Assembly: GCA_965116025.1 (NCBI GenBank)
Contig: OZ220480.1
Coordinates: 1,592,495 to 1,656,494 of the forward strand
Direction: 5' to 3'
DNA from: an uncultured candidatus Porisulfidus sp.
GTDB lineage: Bacteria > Pseudomonadota > Gammaproteobacteria > Poriferisulfidales > Poriferisulfidaceae
Length of the DNA: 64,000 nucleotides
Made by a program: the position numbers and the translations under genes
Notes under the pieces: model-generated
The model's input: the letters and a program-made list of their open reading frames with translations, nothing else
Database searches by the model: none
What the model was told of the DNA's origin: nothing
In this document: positions 9,491 through 19,316 of the stretch, piece by piece
Numbering within the stretch: the stretch's first letter is position 1
Layout: every line of letters begins with the position of its first letter

Positions 9491-10180
9491 ATGAGCAGCT
9501 GGAAAACAGGACACCCGATCCTTACGGACGATTCTTTCCTTAAATGGTGGCAGGATTACAACGCGGACTACGATTACGTTGGTACCGCAGGCAATGACTT
9601 TGTCGGCCGCGGCGATGGCGACGACAAGATGTTCGGCGGTGACGGCGACGACCGGCTAGGGGGGCGCGGGGGCGATGACGTTCTGAAAGGCGGTAAGGGT
9701 GACGACATGTTGCACGGCGGCGCCGGCGACGACAAGATGAAAGGCGGCCGGGGCGATGACTTTCTGTTCGGCAATGATGGCGACGATTGGATGAAAGGCG
9801 GCCGGGGCGATGACATGATGGAAGGCCACGACGGCGATGACACGTTGCTCGGTGGCCAGGGCGATGATCGGTTGGGCGGCGGCAAGGGCGATGACGTTCT
9901 GCACGGCGGCCAGGGCGATGATCGGATGTCCGGCGACGAGGGCGCTGATAGCTTCACTTTCGCAGGCCATAAAGGTGACGACATAATCAAGGACTTCCAA
10001 GACGGCGAGGACATGATCGTGTTCGCGGAAGAAATGGGCTTGACGTTCGAGGACTTGACCATCGAGCAGAGCAGAACAGGCGGCGCGATAATCACCGGGC
10101 CCGACGGTGACTGGAGCATCGAGCTCTGGATAGTAGATGTTTCGGACTTGACCGATTCCGATTTCGACTTCATGGGGTGA
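9491..10180 (+). CDS. RTX (hemolysin-type calcium-binding repeat) protein, 229 aa
   Basis: More than ten tandem GGxGxDxh nonapeptides ([29 protein letters not shown]...). No N-terminal signal peptide. C-terminus [12 protein letters not shown]. Confidence 0.9.
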   Translation: MSSWKTGHPILTDDSFLKWWQDYNADYDYVGTAGNDFVGRGDGDDKMFGGDGDDRLGGRGGDDVLKGGKGDDMLHGGAGDDKMKGGRGDDFLFGNDGDDWMKGGRGDDMMEGHDGDDTLLGGQGDDRLGGGKGDDVLHGGQGDDRMSGDEGADSFTFAGHKGDDIIKDFQDGEDMIVFAEEMGLTFEDLTIEQSRTGGAIITGPDGDWSIELWIVDVSDLTDSDFDFMG

Positions 10181-10229
10181 GGCGCTGACTTCGCCCTGTC
10201 TGATAACAACAACGCTACTGAAGAACAAA

Positions 10230-11612
10230 ATGGCTAGAGAAAAAACTGAAGGTACCCCCGAGTCCGATTTTGAAGACTATTACGGTCCAGGTGACCCCGA
10301 TAACTATCGTTCTGGTGCTGGGAATCTGAAGGGGAAAGACGATCAAAACGACTGGATATACGGGTTCTTGGGCAATGACTCGCTATATGGGGAAGGGGGC
10401 AACGATCGTCTGTTCGGCGGCCCGGGTGACGACGACCTATTCGGCGGCGAGGGCAACGACACGTTGCGCGGCGGCGATGGCGACGACTATATGGAAGGCG
10501 GAGCGGGCAAGGACACGATGACCGGGGGCGATGGCGATGATGAGATGGATGGCGGCGCGGGCAACGACACTATGAAAGGCGGTGCTGGCGCTGACACGAT
10601 GCGCGGCGGCGCGGGCAACGACACGATGACCGGGGGCGATGGTCATAACACGATGTCCGGCGGCGAGGGGAACGACGTTATGACCGGTGGCAATGACCGG
10701 AACACGATGAGCGGCGATGAAGGAAATGACGAGATCACCGGCGGCGCGCTCAAGGACACAATACGCGGAGGGTCGGGCAACGACATGATCGAGGGAGGCG
10801 ATGGCGACGACGTTCTGTTCGGCGACATGCTCGCGGACGGCTCCAACCCGAAACTGACTCCCGAAGGCGAAAGCCAAAATGGCGCCGAAGGAAACGATAC
10901 TATCGAAGGCGGCAAGGGCGATGATGAGATATATGGCGGGGGCGGCAACGATACGCTGAAGGGAGGCGAGGGCGACGACAAGATGTTCGGCGGCAAGGGT
11001 GATGACGTTATCGAAGGCGGCGCGGGAATCAACCTATTGAAAGGCGATGATGGCGACGACACGCTGAAGGGCGGGGATGAACGTGACGAGATACATGGCG
11101 GCGCGGGAAACGACAAGATTTTCGGCGGCGGGGGCAATGATGAGATATACGGGATCGCTGGCAAGAACACGATAGACGGCGGCGCGGGCAACGACATAAT
11201 TAACGGCAGCGATGATGACGACAAGATAGACGGCGGGTCGGGCGTTGACACGATCCGAGGGTGGGGAGGCGATGACCAGATAGACGGCGGCGCCGGTGAT
11301 GACACGATGAACGGCGGCAAGGGCGATGATACTTTTAAGTTTTCCGGCCTGCTCGGACACGATACTATCCTCGAATTTAAGAAGTTCGGCAGTGACATAC
11401 TTAAAATCGTGAAGGATGGGATCACCTCGATCCGTAATTTGGATATCTTCCAAGATGGCAAGCACACGAAAATCCAAGAGTTCTACAAGCCGAAGCCGGG
11501 CGAGACGACGTCGGGTCCGAATCAGAGAGACACTGATCCTGACTGGACGATCACGCTTGAGAATTTCACCGCTTCAGACCTGACGGATTCTGACTTCGAC
11601 TTCATGGGCTGA
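10230..11612 (+). CDS. RTX (hemolysin-type calcium-binding repeat) protein, 460 aa
   Basis: Several blocks of GGxGxDxh nonapeptides. No signal peptide. The C-terminal 12 residues [12 protein letters not shown] are identical to the upstream paralogue. Confidence 0.9.
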   Translation: MAREKTEGTPESDFEDYYGPGDPDNYRSGAGNLKGKDDQNDWIYGFLGNDSLYGEGGNDRLFGGPGDDDLFGGEGNDTLRGGDGDDYMEGGAGKDTMTGGDGDDEMDGGAGNDTMKGGAGADTMRGGAGNDTMTGGDGHNTMSGGEGNDVMTGGNDRNTMSGDEGNDEITGGALKDTIRGGSGNDMIEGGDGDDVLFGDMLADGSNPKLTPEGESQNGAEGNDTIEGGKGDDEIYGGGGNDTLKGGEGDDKMFGGKGDDVIEGGAGINLLKGDDGDDTLKGGDERDEIHGGAGNDKIFGGGGNDEIYGIAGKNTIDGGAGNDIINGSDDDDKIDGGSGVDTIRGWGGDDQIDGGAGDDTMNGGKGDDTFKFSGLLGHDTILEFKKFGSDILKIVKDGITSIRNLDIFQDGKHTKIQEFYKPKPGETTSGPNQRDTDPDWTITLENFTASDLTDSDFDFMG

Positions 11613-11656
11613 TAGGCGAAAGGCCGGGCGCGTGATCCGCGAGTGAGCGAGCAGTC

Positions 11657-11779
11657 ATGTATGTTCTGCTCATCCTGACATTCTGTATTAGCTTTCTAGC
11701 CATCGTTCTTTTTCAGCGCGCGGCCTATTTCGATCCGATTGAGGATGCGCGTTTAGAGAAATGGTCGCTATTGAAATGA
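11657..11779 (+). CDS. possible 40-aa single-pass membrane mini-protein
   Basis: ATG ORF MYVLLILTFCISFLAIVLFQRAAYFDPIEDARLEKWSLLK, below the ORF-track size cutoff. It has a hydrophobic N-terminal helix but only a weak Shine-Dalgarno. Confidence 0.3.
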   Translation: MYVLLILTFCISFLAIVLFQRAAYFDPIEDARLEKWSLLK

Positions 11780-11979
11780 GATATTTTTTCACCGAGTACC
11801 GTGCGGAAGTTTTGACTGGCTCCGCTGGATGGACCTGCCGTCGCGAGTCATGGTCATCAGCGACTCTGGCGGCCTCGCGCGGGCAGCGTTCTCAAGGCTT
11901 GGAAAGAGTACCGCCGCTGGGAGGTCGAGCATCCTCGGGCGACAGAAAGACAGAAAAGCCTCTCCATGCTGAAATCTTC

Positions 11980-12777
11980 ATGAACGTTCGCGCGACGGCT
12001 TCGTTGCTTCTGTTTTTCGCTCCCTTCGCGTGGGCGGAATGCTCCCGCGACGATATCCAATTTTATCTGGACAGGGGGTTCACGACCGAGCAGATCACGT
12101 CGCTGTGCTCGGAGCCGGTCGGTGAGGAGAAGGAGCGATACCGCGCGTATACCGAAGAATACGTCGACCGGAAGGACCGGGAATATCAGATGCGGATGCG
12201 GCTGGAGCGCGAGGCCGCTTTGCGCAGCGCGATTGAGGGCACGGATATCCGGCTTGAGAGAGGCTACTTGTCCTACGTTCGTCCGCAGTGCGTCAGCGAG
12301 GGAGTCGAGAAGGATCGCGCGTTCGGGCTGAAGTCTTGCCCGAATATCCGTTATAGGATCAAGCTGGCGGGGCTGGAAGTTGACGAGAACGCGTACAAGA
12401 AAAGGTTTCTGTTCGGGCAGAAGATGGTTCGAGTGGTCGGAGAGATCAGGCGGCAGGAAATGCCGGGCGCTTTCGCCGACATCCCAGACGAGTATTGGCG
12501 GAACGTTCTCCGCAAGAAACTGGAGACAGGAGATTCGACCAAGATCCCGTTGCGGGAGGGCGTGGACTTTCACTTCGCGCGCGGCGCGCTGAAGGATATG
12601 GTCGATTTCGAGACGGAACGCGTTCGGCGATTGGCGAAGGGCCAGAGCGCGGAGGAAGGCGGCCTTGATGATCTGGGAAAGACGCTCGACAGCGAATCCG
12701 GGAATGGTTCCGCCGGGCGGTCGGACGAAGACGAGAAGAAGAGCCTGTTTGACGAATTGGCCGAAATCTTCGATTGA
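11980..12777 (+). CDS. secreted hypothetical protein (signal peptide, highly charged)
   Basis: ORF 11761..12777 trimmed to ATG 11980 (MNVRATASLLLFFAPFAWA|ECS...), which has a signal-peptide-like N-terminus. No family recognised. Confidence 0.65.
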   Translation: MNVRATASLLLFFAPFAWAECSRDDIQFYLDRGFTTEQITSLCSEPVGEEKERYRAYTEEYVDRKDREYQMRMRLEREAALRSAIEGTDIRLERGYLSYVRPQCVSEGVEKDRAFGLKSCPNIRYRIKLAGLEVDENAYKKRFLFGQKMVRVVGEIRRQEMPGAFADIPDEYWRNVLRKKLETGDSTKIPLREGVDFHFARGALKDMVDFETERVRRLAKGQSAEEGGLDDLGKTLDSESGNGSAGRSDEDEKKSLFDELAEIFD

Positions 12778-12812
12778 CTGGAGAAAAGCCTGATCGAGCG
12801 ATAATTCTTGCC

Positions 12813-13127
12813 ATGGACATGCGACGGAACATCATCGACAAACTGCGAGCGCAGCTGACTCCGGTTTATTTGGACGTGGAGGATGAGAGCCACATGCACA
12901 ACGTTCCATCTGGAGCGCAATCGCATTTCAAGGTGACGGTGGTCGCGGAGGAATTCGCCGGGCGGTCGTTGCTGGGGCGGCACCGACGGATCAACCGGAT
13001 CTTGGCCGAGGAGTTGGCTGGCCAGGTGCATGCGCTGGCTTTGCATACCCTGAGCGAGGAGGAATGGCGGGCCGATCCGAACGTGCCGGACAGTCCGCCG
13101 TGTCGGGGTGGCGGCTCGAAAGATTAG
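12813..13127 (+). CDS. bolA: BolA family protein
   Basis: ORF 12774..13127 trimmed to ATG 12813. Core SHFKVTVVAEEFAGRSLLGRHRRINRIL...VHALALHT matches the BolA signature. Confidence 0.75.
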   Translation: MDMRRNIIDKLRAQLTPVYLDVEDESHMHNVPSGAQSHFKVTVVAEEFAGRSLLGRHRRINRILAEELAGQVHALALHTLSEEEWRADPNVPDSPPCRGGGSKD

Positions 13128-13402
13128 CTCAAGCCGCCAGCCTGACGAAATCCGCTGACTGGTTCCAGCACCTCAATCTCGCAGACCGCGCCCGGTTCCA
13201 AGGCGAACCAGTCGCCGCCATGCAGGTTGATCGGCGTTTGGCCAGCCGCGTGAATCCGCAAGCGACCGTCGAGAAGAACATACTCCTCGCGCGCGGTCGC
13301 CTCGCGAACGGTCCGGCCTTTCGGGGCCTCCCACTCCGGCCAGTCCTCCACGCCCCAGACCTCGAGTTTCGCGGGCGAGACGCGTCGCTCGTGCTGGATC
13401 AT
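13124..13402 (-). CDS. cupin domain protein (DUF861/cupin_3-like)
   Basis: 92 aa. EEYVLLDGRLRIH...GDWFALEPG resembles the small EutQ-like cupin pattern. 4-nt overlap with the upstream TPR gene. Confidence 0.65.
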   Translation of the reverse strand: MIQHERRVSPAKLEVWGVEDWPEWEAPKGRTVREATAREEYVLLDGRLRIHAAGQTPINLHGGDWFALEPGAVCEIEVLEPVSGFRQAGGLS

Positions 13403-14184
13403 GGCTGTCCGAGTCGAGCAGGGTATCGCGTCGCCCTCGGTGGGTTCGCCTTGAGTTCGCCCAGCAGGGCGGTCGCCAGCTCGTGGATGATTCGGGCGTA
13501 GGCATCCTTGGGCGGTATTTCGATCGCGCGAGCGAGCAGTTCGCTTGCCCGATCATAATTCGAGCGCCGGTCCAGCAGCAGAATTCCATACGCGTACAGG
13601 TACAGCGTGGGCTTGTCGTTCGGCATCAGATCGAGGGCGCGTTGGAAGTGATCCAGCGCGTCCTTTTCGCTGGCACCGTAGAGGATACCGGCCATGACGC
13701 CGCCCGCGTGCCGGGCTTCCGCATGCCAGGAGCCTAAGCTGAAGTGAGCGGCCGCCATGTCTGGATTCAGTCGGAGAGCCTCTTCAAGCGCTTCGCGCGC
13801 TTTTTCCGGGTAGTTTCGTCTGAAGGCTTCTGTCAACCCGACCGTTTGCGTGTATCTCCCGAGGGCGTGAGCTAACTGGAGATGGGCGTTCGGGTTTTCC
13901 GGGTCCAGCCGAACCGCCTCCTTAGCCAGTTTCGTCGCGCGCTCGAGCGGAGCCTTTTTCCGGTCGCCTTTGGCGATGTGGTAGCCGTGGATCGCCAGAG
14001 ATTCGGCCGCGAAGGCGTAGCCCTCGGAAGTATTGAGCGCCGCCGAGAGTTCGGACGCCTTGGTGAACTGGCCTTCGGCGAAAGCGGCGCGCGCTGCCTC
14101 CATGGATGGAGTTCCCGCCGGGCTGATTGGCGGAATCGAGCACGCGATGGCGAGACAAGCTAGGGAAACGGAGTTTCTTCTCAT
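13399..14184 (-). CDS. secreted TPR-repeat protein
   Basis: 261 aa with a signal-peptide-like N-terminus (MRRNSVSLACLAIACSIPP...) and repeated TPR-like helical pairs. Confidence 0.7.
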   Translation of the reverse strand: MRRNSVSLACLAIACSIPPISPAGTPSMEAARAAFAEGQFTKASELSAALNTSEGYAFAAESLAIHGYHIAKGDRKKAPLERATKLAKEAVRLDPENPNAHLQLAHALGRYTQTVGLTEAFRRNYPEKAREALEEALRLNPDMAAAHFSLGSWHAEARHAGGVMAGILYGASEKDALDHFQRALDLMPNDKPTLYLYAYGILLLDRRSNYDRASELLARAIEIPPKDAYARIIHELATALLGELKANPPRATRYPARLGQP

Positions 14185-14223
14185 CAGGATCTTCGCTTCG
14201 CGCGAAAATGGAGAGAAAAAATT

Positions 14224-14661
14224 CTAGCCGGACTCGTTTGGCGAGCCGAGGTCGCGGACCTTGATCTTCGCCCTATGGACGGGGGGTTCAGATAAAGAGT
14301 TCAGGGCCTGCCTCATTCGGGTTTCGGTAACGGGCAACTCCAGAGCGGCGCGGAAATCGTAGCGTTCCTGGATCCGCTTGAACTGCGCTTGACGTTCTGG
14401 CTCCATGATCGCCAGAGTCTGAATTTCGGGGCGTCTCTGGACTAGCGCGATCATGGATTCCAAGTTGCTGGCACGGTCGCGAAAGTCGGACTGAAAATTG
14501 AATTCGCAGACGATGACGTCGGGAGGCCGCCGCTTGATGCTGGCCAGCGCCTCGCGCATGGAGGCGCGGACCTCGACTGAGAATCCCAGTCGTCGATACA
14601 AAGGAGTGAAATCCGGATAGCCGCCCAGTTCGATAATGGCGAGCAGGCGCCGCGCGCTCAC
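14224..14661 (-). CDS. hypothetical protein, possibly a degenerate receiver (CheY-like) domain
   Basis: 145 aa with an alternating beta/alpha pattern resembling REC (LLAIIELGG ... DVIVCEF ... TLAIME ... ALELPV). The acidic pocket, phospho-Asp and Lys positions appear substituted. The GTG start overlaps the NUDIX stop (GTGA). Confidence 0.5.
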   Translation of the reverse strand: MSARRLLAIIELGGYPDFTPLYRRLGFSVEVRASMREALASIKRRPPDVIVCEFNFQSDFRDRASNLESMIALVQRRPEIQTLAIMEPERQAQFKRIQERYDFRAALELPVTETRMRQALNSLSEPPVHRAKIKVRDLGSPNESG

Positions 14662-15239
14662 GCGCTGCTCTCGGCTTGCGCTCCGGCGCCCGGATGGGGC
14701 GCGATGGTTCCGGTGTGCACTCTGCTACCGTTACCGGGCCCATGTTCGAGGTAGAGCTCGAGATTCGCCCGGATGACGTCGAAAGCGATGACGTCCCAAG
14801 GAATATCGTCCGGGGCGACGAGCTCGGTGCGGGAAGATTCCGGTCCGGGCACGGATTTTCCGTCGACCAGCGTTCCGCTGTATATCGCGTAGATTTGCGA
14901 GATATGCGGAAGGCTATGCAAGGAGAATAACTGAATGCCCGCGATTTCCGCGGTCGCTTCCTCCATGCATTCGCGGCGAGCGCATTCCTCCACGGTCTCA
15001 TGCTTTTCCATGAAGCCAGCGGGCAGCGTCCACAGTCCGAGCTTTGGCTTGATGGCGCGCTTGCAAAGCAATATCTTGCCTTCCCACTCCAAAATGGCGC
15101 CCGCGACCATCAGAGGATTCTGGTAAATGATGTAGCCGCAACGTCCGCAAATGTTGCGCCTTTTGGTGTCGCCGGGTGGGATTCGGTATTCTAGGCTGCC
15201 CGCGCCGCACTGGGGACAGTAGAGGGGTTTGGCGTACAT
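14658..15239 (-). CDS. NUDIX hydrolase with N-terminal zinc ribbon
   Basis: Nudix box GFMEKHETVEECARRECMEEA, plus CPQCG...CGRCG at the N-terminus. Confidence 0.88.
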   Translation of the reverse strand: MYAKPLYCPQCGAGSLEYRIPPGDTKRRNICGRCGYIIYQNPLMVAGAILEWEGKILLCKRAIKPKLGLWTLPAGFMEKHETVEECARRECMEEATAEIAGIQLFSLHSLPHISQIYAIYSGTLVDGKSVPGPESSRTELVAPDDIPWDVIAFDVIRANLELYLEHGPGNGSRVHTGTIAPHPGAGAQAESSA

Positions 15240-15261
15240 ATGTGGGCCTCTCGTATCGCTG

Positions 15262-16107
15262 TCAAGCGTCGCCCGTGGCGACGGGCCGCTCGGGATCCTG
15301 GATCCATTCGCTCCATGAGCCGACGTATAATCGTCCCGGTTTCAGTCCCGCGTGCGCCATGGCCAAGAGATTATGGCAAGCGGTCACGCCAGAGCCGCAG
15401 GAGTGGCAAACGGGTCGCTCGTCTTTGGCGAGCGCCTCGAATCGTTGCCGTAGGGCCGCGGGAGATTTGAAGCGCCCGTCCTCGCCAAGATTCTCCTGGA
15501 AAGGCATGTTCCGGGACCCGGGAATGTGTCCGCCCACGCGATCAAGCGGCTCTTGCTGTCCAGAAAAGCGCACGGGAGCGCGCGCGTCGATGAGCTGGAC
15601 CCGATTTTCGCCCAAGGCGTCGACGACCGCCTCGGTGGTCATCCACGTGTCTTTCCGCGCTGAGACGGGATAGCGCGCTTTCTCTCTGAGCGGCGGCGTC
15701 TCGTCCGATACCGGGCGGTTTTCTCGGATCCATTGGAGCCAGCCGCCATTGAGAAGCGCGGTAGCTGGATGTCCCGCCCATCGCGTCAGCCACCACATCC
15801 GACCGGCGATCGCGCCGCCCATGTCGTCGTAGACCACGACTTGCGAATCCGTTCGAATGCCGAGGGATCCAAGCAGGGTAGCGAAGGCGTCTAGAGAAGG
15901 GAGCGGATGTCGCCCGCTACTCGCGCTTGCGGGAGAGGCCATGTCTTCGTCCAAATGAACGTAGCGCGCTCCGGGAATGTGGCTTTCCCGCCATGCCTCT
16001 CGCCCGGCTTCCGGTCGTTTTAGGTCGAAGCGGCAGTCCAGCACGACAAGCCCGGGTTTCCCAAGCGAATCCTCCAATCGCGCCGTCTCGATCAAGGTAT
16101 CGTGCAT
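15262..16107 (-). CDS. sseA: 3-mercaptopyruvate sulfurtransferase (tandem rhodanese)
   Basis: 281 aa. The active-site loop CGSGVTAC is typical of the MST type of rhodanese. Confidence 0.85.
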   Translation of the reverse strand: MHDTLIETARLEDSLGKPGLVVLDCRFDLKRPEAGREAWRESHIPGARYVHLDEDMASPASASSGRHPLPSLDAFATLLGSLGIRTDSQVVVYDDMGGAIAGRMWWLTRWAGHPATALLNGGWLQWIRENRPVSDETPPLREKARYPVSARKDTWMTTEAVVDALGENRVQLIDARAPVRFSGQQEPLDRVGGHIPGSRNMPFQENLGEDGRFKSPAALRQRFEALAKDERPVCHSCGSGVTACHNLLAMAHAGLKPGRLYVGSWSEWIQDPERPVATGDA

Positions 16108-16185
16108 GGTATCGTTCGCGAAGGGTCGGAGAGTTGGTGGCGGGGGAAACGGGCGGTCGCTTTAGGAAGGAATTATAGCGATTGT

Positions 16186-17196
16186 TCACCGCGATGCCGC
16201 GGTCGCGACGAAAATCGCCCGCACCGGAGCCGGGTGTCCCTCGACCGTTCTCGTTTGGTCCGATGGATCTAGAGCCTCCCGCAGAGAATGGAATCGCATC
16301 CAGTTGGTCGCTCGTTGCTCATCCGGCGTGGTGATCGCGCGATTCACTTGACGTGGTGACCGAAAGCCAGCTTCGTTCAGCGAGCGGAGGACGCGTTCAG
16401 GATTCCACAGCGCTCGGACGTTGCGCATTCGGGCGTAGCGGCCGTCGATGAGCGACTCGCCGGACGGCGGCACGTCTTCGCGAATCAAGGTCTCGAGCAG
16501 AAGCTCGCCGCCTGGACGAAGATGCTGGCGCAGTCGCCGGATGTGCTCGTCCGGGTCTCGCCGGTGGTGCAGCACGCCCATTGAGAAAACGCTGTCGAAT
16601 TTTCCTTCGGGTGAATCCTCAAGCCGCCCCGGAATCATTCCGGCTGGAAATTCGGGTGGCAGAAAGCGCGTCAACGCGGAAAACTGCCAGTTAGCGAGCC
16701 AGTTCGGCTCCACGCCCAAGGCGAGACGGGCACCCAGCCCGGCCATGCGCAGCAGATAGTAGCCATTGCTGCTCCCAACGTCCAGGACTCGGCGTCCCCG
16801 CAGGTCGGAGAGATGCGGGAGCAAGCGATTCCACTTCATAAAACTCCTCCATTCGGCATCGATGGAGATGCCGAACATCGAGAAAGGTCCTTTGCGCCAA
16901 GGAGAAAGGGCTCGAAGTCCAGAGTTGAGGCGTTCGCGTCGCGTCGCGTCGAGCTCCTCCGCCGCGCCGATTTCCGGTTGATCCGAGTTCAGCTCGATAT
17001 GCAGAGCCTGTTGCCGGGGCAGGGCGCGAACGATTCCCCGCCAGCGTGGATAATCCCCGTGCTCCGGGCGCTCCCATCGCCGCGCGGCGGCTTCCCGCCA
17101 TGCCTCCAGGCCGCACGAGCGCAGAAGCTCGGTCAGCTTGGCTTCGCGTTCCGGCGAATGGCCAGCATGGATAGGAAGTGAAGGCATTGGAACCAT
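16186..17196 (-). CDS. cmoB: tRNA U34 carboxymethyltransferase
   Basis: 336-aa SAM-methyltransferase fold (VLDVGSSNGYY) immediately downstream of cmoA. If the start is 17196, the gene overlaps cmoA by 64 nt, so the true start may be slightly downstream. Confidence 0.85.
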   Translation of the reverse strand: MVPMPSLPIHAGHSPEREAKLTELLRSCGLEAWREAAARRWERPEHGDYPRWRGIVRALPRQQALHIELNSDQPEIGAAEELDATRRERLNSGLRALSPWRKGPFSMFGISIDAEWRSFMKWNRLLPHLSDLRGRRVLDVGSSNGYYLLRMAGLGARLALGVEPNWLANWQFSALTRFLPPEFPAGMIPGRLEDSPEGKFDSVFSMGVLHHRRDPDEHIRRLRQHLRPGGELLLETLIREDVPPSGESLIDGRYARMRNVRALWNPERVLRSLNEAGFRSPRQVNRAITTPDEQRATNWMRFHSLREALDPSDQTRTVEGHPAPVRAIFVATAASR

Positions 17197-17891
17197 ACGG
17201 TGATGGAATCGAATCCGGCCGCGACCAGGCGTTCGCGATGAAAAACAGGTGAATCGCGTACCAGAACTTGTTCCAAGGCGGTTCGTTTCTGGCTGATTTC
17301 CAGCTCGCTGTAACCTTGGGCCCGCTTGAATCTCTCATGGCGCTTTCGCGTTCGAGACTCCACCGGCTCGTCAAAGCGGACCTTCTCGGTCAGAATCAGC
17401 GCTCCGCCCGGGCGCAGCGCGCTGGCGACGCGTCGCAACAGTGGCAAGCGGTCTTCTGGGGTCAGGAACTGCAGAGTCAAGTTCAGCACGATCACATCGG
17501 CGTCCCGTAGCTCCGCGTCGCGGATATCCGCGCATCGGTACCGCACGGGCGAGCCGGGGACGCGGGCGCAACGAGCGATCATGTCGGGCGACGAGTCGAT
17601 CGCCATGATCGGATGCTCGGGACCCATTCGCGCGCTCAGGGCGCGGGCCACCGCTCCCAGCGAGCAACCTAGATCGTAACAGGTTGCGCCCGCTCGCGCG
17701 TATTTCGCACCCAGCGTCGCGATGCCGTGGATCAGGCTGGCGTAGCCTGGCACCGATCGTTCAACCATATCCTGGAAGACGTTGGCGACTTCCGCGTTGA
17801 AACGAAACCTCCTCGTGCCGTGAGGCGTGGCGTATAGCGAATCGGAAGCGCGCTCCGGGAATGCTGGATCAGGCGCTTGGCTTGAAATCAA
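17133..17891 (-). CDS. cmoA: carboxy-S-adenosyl-L-methionine synthase
   Basis: 252 aa with FRFNAEVANVFQDMVERSVPGY and CYDLGCSLG motifs typical of CmoA. Paired with cmoB. Confidence 0.9.
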   Translation of the reverse strand: MISSQAPDPAFPERASDSLYATPHGTRRFRFNAEVANVFQDMVERSVPGYASLIHGIATLGAKYARAGATCYDLGCSLGAVARALSARMGPEHPIMAIDSSPDMIARCARVPGSPVRYRCADIRDAELRDADVIVLNLTLQFLTPEDRLPLLRRVASALRPGGALILTEKVRFDEPVESRTRKRHERFKRAQGYSELEISQKRTALEQVLVRDSPVFHRERLVAAGFDSITVWFQCLHFLSMLAIRRNAKPS

Positions 17892-18041
17892 TAGCTCCTC
17901 CAGATTCCTTCTCGCGGGTCCGTCTTGGTTTCCCGACGTGCGGGTTTTTTATTGATCTTCGCCGGAATCCGACGGGCACCGATAGATATTTGGCGCCAAC
18001 TCCGATTCGTTCGAGAAATAGTTCCCGGACTTGATCAAGGG

Positions 18042-19316
18042 TCACACGGAAAAAGCGGGAAGCTTTCGTGCCACCGTGACGTTTTTCAACGTCACGTATT
18101 TCGGTAGCCCGTCCTTGAATGGGGGTGGTTCCTCGCCTCGAATCAGTGGCTCTAGATAGGCGCGGCATGGGCCGGTGATGCGGTAGCCGTCCCGGCTGAT
18201 GTAGCGGCGTGGCATCATCCGCTCGCGATTGGCGACCCGGGACAGGGCGACTTGCCCGATTTTCCAACGGTATGGGCGATCGGACGTGCGCACGATGGTC
18301 GGCATGACCGCGGTCTGCCCGACCAGCGCGAACTGGACCGCGGCGCGCCCGACCGCGTAGGCTTGGTCCAAGTCGGTTTTCGAGGCGATGTGGCGAGCTG
18401 AGCGCTGCAGGTAGTCGGCCACCGCCCAGTGGTATTTGTAGCCCAGTTCCTGCCTGACCATCCGCGCGAGGATCGCGGCGTTCCCGCCGAGTTGCGCGTG
18501 TCCGAACACGTCTCGGGTGCCGGCTTCGGCGAGAAACTCGCCGTCTTTGGCGCGCGTTCCCTCGGAAGCGATGATGGCGCAGAACCCGAAACGCTTCACG
18601 CAGTCATCGACGCGGGCGAGAAAGGTCTTGGGGTCGAACGGGATTTCTGGGAACAGGATCAGGTGCGGAGGCTCGGCAGGCTGTCGCGAGGCCAGCCCGC
18701 CAGCCGCGGCGATCCAGCCCGCATGGCGTCCCATCACCTCCAGGATGAACACCTTGGTCGATGTGGCCGCCATGCAGGCGACATCCAGTCCCGCTTCGCG
18801 GATCGAGGTGGCGACGTATTTCGCGACCGATCCAAAGCCAGGGCAGTTGTCGGTGACCGGCAGATCGTTATCGACGGTCTTCGGTATCCCGACGCACTGG
18901 ATCGGGTAGCCGAGCTGGCTGGCGAGCTGGGAGACCTTCCAGGCGGTATCCTGAGAGTCGCCGCCTCCGTTGTAGAAGAAATAGCCGATGTCGTGCGCGC
19001 CGAACACCTTGATGAGGCGCTCGTACTGAGCGCGATTCTCCTTCAGCCCTTTGAGCTTATAGCGGCAGGAGCCGAACGCGGCGCCGGGAGTTTGGCGCAA
19101 GGCGGCGATGGTGTGGGCGCTTTCGCGATTGGTGTCGATCAAGTCCTCGGTCAAAGCCCCGATGATGCCGTTACGTCCGGCGTAAACTCGACCGATCCGC
19201 GACCCGTTCGCGCGGGCCGTCTCGATCACGCCGCAGGCCGAGGCGTTGATCACTGCCGTGGGCCCACCAGACTGGGCGTAAAAGGCGTTTCTCCTGTTAG
19301 CGCGTTTAGTTATCAC
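18042..19316 (-). CDS. pfp: 6-phosphofructokinase, long (about 420 aa) type as found in methanotroph PPi-dependent PFKs
   Basis: GTG start. N-terminus NAFYAQSGGPTAVINASACGVIE and a PFK-family core. The phosphoryl donor cannot be decided by eye. Confidence 0.75.
   Translation of the reverse strand: MITKRANRRNAFYAQSGGPTAVINASACGVIETARANGSRIGRVYAGRNGIIGALTEDLIDTNRESAHTIAALRQTPGAAFGSCRYKLKGLKENRAQYERLIKVFGAHDIGYFFYNGGGDSQDTAWKVSQLASQLGYPIQCVGIPKTVDNDLPVTDNCPGFGSVAKYVATSIREAGLDVACMAATSTKVFILEVMGRHAGWIAAAGGLASRQPAEPPHLILFPEIPFDPKTFLARVDDCVKRFGFCAIIASEGTRAKDGEFLAEAGTRDVFGHAQLGGNAAILARMVRQELGYKYHWAVADYLQRSARHIASKTDLDQAYAVGRAAVQFALVGQTAVMPTIVRTSDRPYRWKIGQVALSRVANRERMMPRRYISRDGYRITGPCRAYLEPLIRGEEPPPFKDGLPKYVTLKNVTVARKLPAFSV

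Noticed and set aside
9560-11330. Highly periodic DNA (27-nt period) that could be mistaken for a CRISPR array or a tandem-repeat locus.
   Set aside because: The periodicity is the coding of GGxGxDxh nonapeptides inside two long ORFs. The units are imperfect, contiguous and without spacers, so this is not a CRISPR array.
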